DNA of 32,000 bases from NCBI RefSeq assembly GCF_001272835.1, contig NZ_CP010546.1, forward strand, positions 662,809-694,808, written 5' to 3'. The number at the start of each line of letters is the position of its first letter. Positions within the stretch are counted from its first letter, which is position 1. Origin of the DNA: Mycoplasmoides pneumoniae FH. Lineage in GTDB: Bacteria > Bacillota_I > Bacilli_A > Mycoplasmatales > Mycoplasmoidaceae. Positions 11,816 through 19,418 of this stretch are shown piece by piece. Below the pieces are notes generated by a model. It did not search any database. It was not told the DNA's origin and saw nothing but the letters and a program-made list of their open reading frames with translations. A program made the translations under genes and the position numbers.

Positions 11816-12476
11816 GTTAGGTTGAGCTAGCTTTGTCGATCCAGAGTTAGCTAAAACAGCTTTCTTGGAATTTGCCAAACAGTTTTATGTAACTAGTAGT
11901 GCTGGTGCAATTCTGTTTGACCTTAAAAAGAGTCAGGGCTTAGACCAACTGCAAGCAATTGAAAAAACAAGGAAGGTTATTATTACAGAACAGTTTGCCA
12001 ACCAAACTGGTAAATGAATCTTGTTTGACAAGGAAAACACTAAACGGATTAACAGCTTAGCGCAAGAGCACATTACTCCCTTAATAAAACGGATTTTACG
12101 CTTAGCGGACTTTAAAAATGTCTTGATTAATGTGCAGCACCACAAGAAGCTGCAAAAATGTCTGTTATGGGAAATTAACGGTTTAATCTGCTTAGTTGAA
12201 AGTTTACAGTTCATGGAAAATCCCACTGCAATCATGGAATGATTCCAGGGATTAAAAAAACACTGTCCTAATGTAGCAGTTGTAACCATTAGTGGTCAAC
12301 ACAAACCAGTCATAGAACCGAGCTTAACCGAATATAAGGCAGTATTTGGTAGTAGTTTACTCTCCTTTCACTTAGATGCAACTACGATAAATAACTCCCA
12401 TTTAGTGCGTCAAATTTTGGAACAGATCAAAATAAAAGCTACCTTAAAGTCAAACTCTAAGGTAGCTAAAAGTTAA
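11808..12476 (+). CDS. Hypothetical protein (~222 aa; recalled MPN559)
   Basis: Code-4 ORF from ATG 11808 (MFKLGWASFVDPELAKTAFLEFAKQF...) through TGA codons, including track ORF 12021..12242, to TAA 12474-12476; starts inside the rsmG stop. Confidence 0.75.
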
Positions 12477-12552
12477 TGGCGCATCGGGTGGGACTCGAAC
12501 CCACGACAACACACTTAGAAGGCGTGTACTCTATCCGCTGAGCTACCGACGC
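12477..12552 (-). tRNA. tRNA-Arg(UCU), CCA encoded
   Basis: Reverse strand GCGTCGGTAGCTCAGCGGATAGAGTACACGCCTTCTAAGTGTGTTGTCGTGGGTTCGAGTCCCACCCGATGCGCCA; acceptor GCGTCGG/CCGATGC, anticodon loop CTTCTAA, GTTCGAGTC. Confidence 0.96.
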
Positions 12553-12553
12553 A

Positions 12554-13870
12554 TTATTCTCTCCAGAGAGAGCAAACCATTTCCAAGGGGCCACTAGGAC
12601 CCCGTGAAAGTTCGGAAGCGGGGATCTTATGGATGATTAATCCCAGTTCATTGAGAAGATTATTGGTGTAGTGGTTGCGATCAAAGACCACAATTTCTCC
12701 AGGGCTTAAGTTTAATACGCCCATACCACAGTCCAAGAGTTCTTTACGCTCAGCCACTTCATCACCACCACCAATAATAACAAAGCGGGGTTGTTTATCA
12801 ATAATCGCTTCAATTATCTCACCAAAATTAAACTTTAGCGGTTTGAATTTAATTTGTGCTAAGCCATCCACATCCCTCTGGGCGGTGGCTGTGAGTTCAA
12901 AGATTTCGGTAGCTTGTAACACTTTGCGCGCAATAATGAACTTGTCGACATCCACCATCGCTATAAGTTTATTGAGATTGGTCTTAGCACCAAACTTGTG
13001 GATATTAATTGCAATAATCTGCTTAATTGGATTAGTGTGATCGCTTAATAAATTACGTGCCAAGCTTTCAATTCCCAACACATCGGTGTCATGACTAATA
13101 CCAATTAGCAAGATTTCATTGCTAATTTGAATAATGTCACTACTGTTAATCAAACAGTTCTTAAAGTCACGGTTAGTATAAAGCTTAACTCCATCAAAAC
13201 GGGGGTGAAAGCGCATGATGTATTCATACACTAACGAATGGCGCTTTAACTCAGAATCATTAGTGACAAATAAAGCGACACCCGTTCCTAGGGTATTGAA
13301 GAACTTATGTGGATAAAGGGAAAACGATAGCGGTTTAATTAAAAACGGTGAATTACTTACATGAATGTCGGCAAACCGTTGCGGGGTAATCGGTGGTACA
13401 TCTGATACCTTAATGCCACCAAACATGACCTTAATCACATCTACAAGCGAATCTAAACTGCGAAAGAAGTTTAAGCAAGCTTCGAAGGTACTCACACTTT
13501 TAATGCCTGATTCCAATAAAAAGTTCTTAATGAAGTCCTGGCGCACATTAGGGTCAGCCGCACTTAAAGCTTCTAACAGTAAATCTTGTAAATAGTGCAC
13601 CTTTGTACCATGTTGGCGCAAAATCTTAATAAATAACTGGTGTTCCTTTTGAGCGCGTTCTAAGTACATTGCACTGCCAAAGGTCTGGTTATCAATCACT
13701 CGTTCGGTTTCGATACCGGGATGATGGGCAATTACTTCCCTTAAAAAACTAATTTCACTAGTAACGCGTACACCACTGTTAAACTGCTTCTTTTTTAACT
13801 GTAGTGCTTTAGTGTTTGGTTGATCTAATTGGTTATGCCCATCGGTTTTGACAAGCTGTTTTTTTGACAT
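12554..13870 (-). CDS. arcA: Arginine deiminase-family protein, probable pseudoenzyme
   Basis: 438 aa; overall ADI family organisation and C-terminal ELSRG...LWRE, but catalytic motifs replaced (see findings). Confidence 0.85.
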   Translation of the reverse strand: MSKKQLVKTDGHNQLDQPNTKALQLKKKQFNSGVRVTSEISFLREVIAHHPGIETERVIDNQTFGSAMYLERAQKEHQLFIKILRQHGTKVHYLQDLLLEALSAADPNVRQDFIKNFLLESGIKSVSTFEACLNFFRSLDSLVDVIKVMFGGIKVSDVPPITPQRFADIHVSNSPFLIKPLSFSLYPHKFFNTLGTGVALFVTNDSELKRHSLVYEYIMRFHPRFDGVKLYTNRDFKNCLINSSDIIQISNEILLIGISHDTDVLGIESLARNLLSDHTNPIKQIIAINIHKFGAKTNLNKLIAMVDVDKFIIARKVLQATEIFELTATAQRDVDGLAQIKFKPLKFNFGEIIEAIIDKQPRFVIIGGGDEVAERKELLDCGMGVLNLSPGEIVVFDRNHYTNNLLNELGLIIHKIPASELSRGPSGPLEMVCSLWRE

Positions 13871-13923
13871 GTAAATTCGATTAATTTTAAATAATTAACA
13901 ATTGCTTTAATTGCGTTACTTCC

Positions 13924-14565
13924 ATGGATAGTAAAAAAGGAATTTTAGTGGCAATTGGTGGCGGGAGTTGTTCTGGTAAAACTACGATCGCTGACATGAT
14001 TTACCAACTTTTGCGTAAAAAGCTTAAAGTTGCTATTCTGCCCCAGGACAACTATTACAAACCATACAAGAACAAATCAATGGCGCAACGCAAAGCGATT
14101 AACTTCGATCACCCCGATGCCTTTGATTGAAAGCTGTTGTGAAGTCACCTCGATAACTTACTAATGGGTAAAACAGTGGCTGTGCCAATGTATGACTATG
14201 TTAATTACACCCGTAAAAAGGAAACCATAGAAATAGGTCCTTTAAATGTAGTCATCTTGGAAGGTTTAATGCCGTGGTTTGATGAACGGATTGCTAAATT
14301 GTGTAAGCTCAAGATCTTTGTGGAAGCGACTGGAGAGGAACGCTTAATTCGCCGGATTGAACGGGACTGGGAACGCGGTCGTGATGTCGCTTCTATCATT
14401 AAACAATGACGCGAAGCAGTTAGTCCAATGTACGAAATCTTTGTCGAAAAGATGAAACAGAAGGCAGATTTAATTATTCCCTGGAGTGAAAGACACGAAG
14501 TGAGTACTAATGTGCTCGACTTTGCAATTGAACACCTCTTTCGCAAACACGTGGATCCCAACTAG
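13924..14565 (+). CDS. udk: Uridine kinase
   Basis: Walker A AIGGGSCSGKTT, LPQDNYYKPY, FDHPDAFDW, ILEGLMPWFDERI; TGA/Trp joins; stop TAG 14563-14565. Confidence 0.92.
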
Positions 14566-15308
14566 ATTTGGAAGGAATAAAGTGGTTTAAAGGTTTTAGG
14601 TAAACTACGCTTGTGCTGGGAGCTTTGGCGCAAGTGGTCAACCCGTTGTTGTTTCGTGGCACTTAACTGTAAGTGGCCCTGAAAGTACTGGTCCAATTCC
14701 TTATACGTCAAACCCATTTCCGCTTCGTCAGTCTGCCCGGCAAACAGACTAGCAGTAGGGGCTCGTTCAATGACCAATTCAGGAACATTGAAGTGCTGGG
14801 ATAAAGCATAAACATCGCTCTTTAACAAGAACGCTAAGGGTGCCACATCACACGCCCCATCACCCCATTTAGTAAAGTAGCCCAAGCTGTACTCAATGAA
14901 GTTGCCAGTACCCAAAACTAAGTAGTTGTGCTTTTGGGCATGGGTGTATAGACAAGCCATTCGTAAACGTGCTTTGAGGTTGCCGGCTACCATTAACTCC
15001 TTTTGGGGATCAATGGTCAATGCTTGCAACATAGCGCGGTAAGGTGGTTCTAAATCCACCTGTTTATTGTTGAGTTGTAATTGTTCCACTAAGGCAGTTG
15101 TGGCCTTGTGATCTAACTCGGAGTTATTAATGTGCATTACCAAGGTTAAGTGGTTTTGCGGAAACAGTTTTTTAGCCATGGCGGCTACAACTGCCGAATC
15201 AACTCCACCTGACAATCCAACAACCACGCCCTGAGCGTGAGCTTCATTAACGTAATTGGTGAGTCAAGCTTCCAATTCGTTTAAATAGTTCAATAAATTT
15301 TTAGTCAT
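14562..15308 (-). CDS. nadE: NAD synthetase, ammonia-dependent type
   Basis: VVVGLSGGVDSAVVAAMAKK, GNLKARLRMACLYTHAQKHNYLVLGTGNFIEYSLGYFTKWGDGACDVAPL; start ATG 15308 via TGA/Trp; 248 aa. Confidence 0.92.
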
Positions 15309-16602
15309 TAATTACAAATTCCTGGCCAGCAAACACAATGACATCGCCTTTTTTGGCACCTGCCACCTTTAATTGGTCTTCTATGCCCACTTCTTTAATC
15401 TTATTACCTAAACGGCGAATGTTGTCAAGTGTAGTTTGGGGAATCTTGTCAAACCAATAATGTAAACGCTTGCATTCAACATGCCACCGCCCCAAGGCAT
15501 CACGTTCAATGTTGAGTGGATCATGGTCGGTTTCACTGGCCTGTTCAAAGACATAGTGCTTCTCCATTTCCATGGGTAAATGAAACTTATTGGCACCGAA
15601 TTGCGCTAGCGTTTTTTGGTGGAGCGCAAACACTTGGGCCACTAGATCACCCAGTTCTTGTTTGAGTGCACTAATTTTGAACAAGGGAATTCCTTTATTT
15701 TCGAGGTATTGTGCTAACTTTTGAAAACGGGTACCATCAAGGTCAACGTCTGTTTTATTGGCCACGACCAGCATCTTCTTTTTAACTAACAGCTGGGAGT
15801 ACTTCGACAGTTCACGCATAATTTGTTCATACGCTTGACAAGGATCGTCATGATCCACGGGATCGAGTGAAATTAAGTGAATTAGGATTTCACAACGCTC
15901 AATGTGGCGCAGGAAATAGTGACCCAGACCACTACCCTCACTGGCGTTTTCAATTAACCCGGGAATATCAGCAAACACCAAACTTTGGTCGTTGTGTTTA
16001 ACTACCCCCAATACGGGCACTAAGGTTGTAAAACGGTAGTTAGCAATCTTGGGTTTAGCGTTGGACAGTTTGGAAATTAAAGTGGACTTACCGGTGTTGG
16101 GAAAACCCACAATCCCCACATTAGCTAAATACTTTATTTCCAAGCTCACATGCAAACTTTGACCCTTGTCGCCGTTTTCATACAGATTGGGAGCGCGCAT
16201 AATTGGACTTTTAAAAGCTGCGTTGCCCTTACCGCCCTTGCCACCGTAACAGAGAATAAAGCTCTGTTGGTCATGAACAAAGTCCATTAAGATCTGGTTA
16301 GTATCAAGGTCACGCACCGTAGTTCCCACTGGTACCTTAATAACCAAATCTTCCCCGTTTTTACCATGGGCTAAATCGGGTTTGCCATTGCCGCCACTTT
16401 CAGCAAACAGGTGTTTTTTATTCTTTAAAAAAAAGAGGGAATCGCAGTTGTGGTCGGCTTGCAACACAACGTTACCACCATTGCCGCCATTACCGCCACC
16501 AGGACCACCCTTGTCATAATGGGCTTCCCTGCGTCAAGCAATAATGCCATTGCCCCCGTTACCCGCACTAAAGCGGCACTCACAATAATCTGTTAATCCC
16601 AT
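15301..16602 (-). CDS. obg: GTPase ObgE/CgtA
   Basis: Glycine-rich Obg domain GGPGGGNGGNGGNVV..., G1 GFPNTGKSTL, DIPGLIENASEGSGLG, G4 NKTD; 433 aa from ATG 16602. Confidence 0.94.
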
Positions 16603-16805
16603 GGTTGAGCTCGCTTGGTTTTAATTTTCGTATTGCTTATGTTGGTTATTAAAACCAGGTTAGTAAGTTTATTAATTAAAAAGCAGCTTGACATGAGATT
16701 GTTCAAACAAAGAGCAGCTATCCCAGTGTTTCAAGTACGGGGAAACAGGCAACCATAAAGGGACCATGTACCAACATGCTTTTTTTGAAAGCTAACTTAA
16801 TTTGG

Positions 16806-17860
16806 TTAAAAAATAACCACGGATTTAATTAAGTCCTTCGGTTTATCTTTCATTAAAAACAGGGCTTCTTCAATGTGTTCAAAACCCTTAAAGCGATGGG
16901 TAATCATTTTGGAAGGATCGAGTTTTTTGGTCATAATTAAACGTGCTAATTTTTCTAACCTTAACCGACCACCAAGCATAAGACCACCATGAATGGCCTT
17001 GTGAGCCATACCAACGCCCCATTCAACTCTAGGAATAGTTAAAAACTCACCAGCGCCAAAGTAATTAACGTTACCAATTTTGCCTCCTGGTCTTAAAACC
17101 TTAATCGCTGTTTCTAAGATAGTCGAACCACCACCAGAAATTAACACCTTTTCCATTCCTTCATTGTTGGTTCACTTCAAGATTTTATCCACAACTGAAA
17201 CCTTTTTGAAATCAATGTAATCAGTCGCACCGTATGCTTTGGCAATTTCCACAATATCTGGTCTAGAATCCACCACAATAATGCGTCCAGCACCCTTTAA
17301 GGCTGCACCAGCGATCGCCATTAAACCAACTGGACCAGCACCAAAAACGACAACGCGACACCGTATTGGATGTCAGCTAGTTCATTGGCGTGAAAGCCTG
17401 TGGGAATCATGTCTGACAACATACATGCATCAGCTAAATCCATCCCTTCTGGCATCAATGCTAAGTTACCCTCAGCATCATTGACGTGAAAGTATTCAGC
17501 AAACATGCCATCTTTAACGTTGGAAAACTTCCAACCACCCAGCATGCCACCGGAGTGCATAGGGTATCCAGCTTGAGCATTAACCGAATTTCATTCTGGT
17601 GTAATGGCTGCCACTAAAACGCGATCACCAACCTTAAAGCTTTTGACCTCAGACCCCACTTCATCCACAACACCACAGCCCTCATGGCCTAAAACCATGT
17701 TGTGACGTTCACCAATGCCACCTTCCCAAACGGTGTGGACGTCTGAAGTACATGGTGCTACGGCCAGTGGTCGAATTATCGCATCATTGGGTCCACAAAC
17801 TGGTCTTGGTTTTTCGATTCAACCAGTAGCGCCAATTTTTAACATTGCATATGCTTTCAT
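16806..17860 (-). pseudogene. adh: Zinc-type alcohol dehydrogenase, disrupted by an apparent 1-nt frameshift near 17350-17360
   Basis: N-part MKAYAMLKIGATGWIEKPRPVCGPNDAIIRPLAVAPCTSDVHTVWEGGIGERHNMVLGHEGCG... is in frame 2 to stop 17321; C-part VVFGAGPVGLMAIAGAALKGAGRIIVVDSRPD...SVVIF* is in frame 0; span is 1055 nt, not a multiple of 3. Confidence 0.85.
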
Positions 17861-18073
17861 AAAACTTTATTTACCTCTGCTGTTGCTTTAATAACTGAAT
17901 TTTAAATAAACAAAAATTATTAAAAGCAAGCGTCTCAAACTATCAGGTAAGAACGCCTTCAAATGGTTTCAAAGAATGGTAAGCAGTTGTAGTTAAAAGC
18001 TGTGTTAATAAAACACTGGAGAAAATGGCAAATAAACTAATCCAGCACTAATACAAAAACTGACAATAAGTTA

Positions 18074-18700
18074 TTAATCACTTGATTTAACGCGCTTTTT
18101 CTTGATGGTAACAACAACTGTTTTGCTCTTTTCTTTATCTCATTTCGTTTTAATGTCAGACATAGCCTGTTGGCTTTGTTGTTTGACTTTACCTGTGTGA
18201 ACCAGTCCTTGTGCTACTACCATGGCATAGCGTGAACGTAGTAAAACTAAGTTAGTTAGTTTATTAATTACAAAGAAACTCAGCATTAACACTACCAACA
18301 CTAACACAAAACGCCCAAAGATTACCCAAACGTTTCAAGCTTGAGGAAACATACCACTCATAAAGAGGCTAATCATCATCAAAGCAATTCCATAAAAAAA
18401 GGGAATTGCCTCCACAATTAGGTATGGGGTTGTAAAGAATAAAAGCAGTAAAAGCAACGCATAAACTACTAAGGGCACTAGTAAGAACCACAGTAGTACT
18501 AAATCAAAAATGGGTTCTACTTCCCTACCCATTAAAGTACGGTTATTTGGGGCAATGACAAAGTTAAAACCTAAGGCATTAATTTCCCCTAATAACACCC
18601 ACACAATGATGTAGTAGACAAAGACCAAAAAGAAGCTAAAGCTCCCGGTTAATCAAGCTGGAGTTTTGCGCTTTGCGGTTGATTGAAAAAACTGCTCCAA
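18074..18700 (-). CDS. Multi-pass membrane protein of unknown function (recalled MPN565), start uncertain
   Basis: Code-4 ORF with hydrophobic segments (FFLVFVYYIIVWVLLGEINALGF, LVLLWFLLVPLVVYALLLLLLFF, LVLVLVVLMLSFFVI) and a basic tail KKKRVKSSD*; candidate TTG start 18700. Confidence 0.6.
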
Positions 18701-18701
18701 G

Positions 18702-19415
18702 TTAGTAAAGTTGTGCTGCTATTTGAAATTTAACAAAGCGATCGTTTTCGTAAAACTGGTAACGTAAAAGCCCTTTAATTACCCAGAGGATAATTGGCAG
18801 GCCATAGCTTTGTAGCTCCGCACAATTTTTGTGGTAAAAGCTATCATTGGGCGCTAAGAAACGACAGTTCTGGGTAATCTCATCTTTAGTTAAATGAACT
18901 AACTGCTTTTTACTGTTAAAGACAAAACTAGTTTTAAAGCTCTTTAACTTTTCGTTGAGGTACTTAATCGTGGAAAAGTGACTGGACAGCAAGATTAACT
19001 TTTCTTTAGCTAACTCAAAACCTTCTAGTAGTTGTGCTAACTGTTCTACTAGTACCTGGTTTTGTTGTTCTTCTTCGCCCTTAATAAAAAGCAAGAGAAA
19101 GCGAAACGGGGTTAAAAATTCCATTAACACCTCTTTTAAGGTCAAGATTGTCTGTTCTTGGACATTTACCTTAAACTGCTTCGCTAAGTTAATCTTTTTG
19201 AGATCAACTAGGTTAATATCACTCAGTTTATGGGTTTTATTTCCTACCTTATAGTTGTCTAAATTAGTGACTACTATTTGTTTATCTTTAGTGAGTTGCA
19301 CTTCCATCCACAAACCATCAAAACCAAACAATTGTGCAGCAGCAAAGGCTAAATGAGTGTTTTCAGGAGCAATGGTGCTGTAACCACGGTGTGCAATTAA
19401 AAACTGTTTGCGCAT
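18702..19415 (-). CDS. Glycerophosphodiester phosphodiesterase-family protein, likely inactive paralog
   Basis: FLIAHRGYSTIAPENTHLAFAAAQLFGFDGLWMEVQLTKDKQIVV; 237 aa. Confidence 0.85.
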   Translation of the reverse strand: MRKQFLIAHRGYSTIAPENTHLAFAAAQLFGFDGLWMEVQLTKDKQIVVTNLDNYKVGNKTHKLSDINLVDLKKINLAKQFKVNVQEQTILTLKEVLMEFLTPFRFLLLFIKGEEEQQNQVLVEQLAQLLEGFELAKEKLILLSSHFSTIKYLNEKLKSFKTSFVFNSKKQLVHLTKDEITQNCRFLAPNDSFYHKNCAELQSYGLPIILWVIKGLLRYQFYENDRFVKFQIAAQLY

Positions 19416-19418
19416 AAA

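Noticed and set aside
12554-12604. Explaining the missing arcA catalytic Cys by a simple C-terminal frameshift
   Set aside because: GGTCCTAGTGGCCCCTTGGAAATGGTTTGCTCTCTCTGGAGAGAA keeps the same spacing and the LWRE end. Other catalytic motifs (TRDP, EGGD, HLD) are also substituted, so a single indel does not explain it.
16603-16805. Possible additional gene or ncRNA between obg and adh
   Set aside because: No supported ORF, and only weak stems (GCTTT...AAAGC near 16780-16795). Insufficient evidence for a feature.
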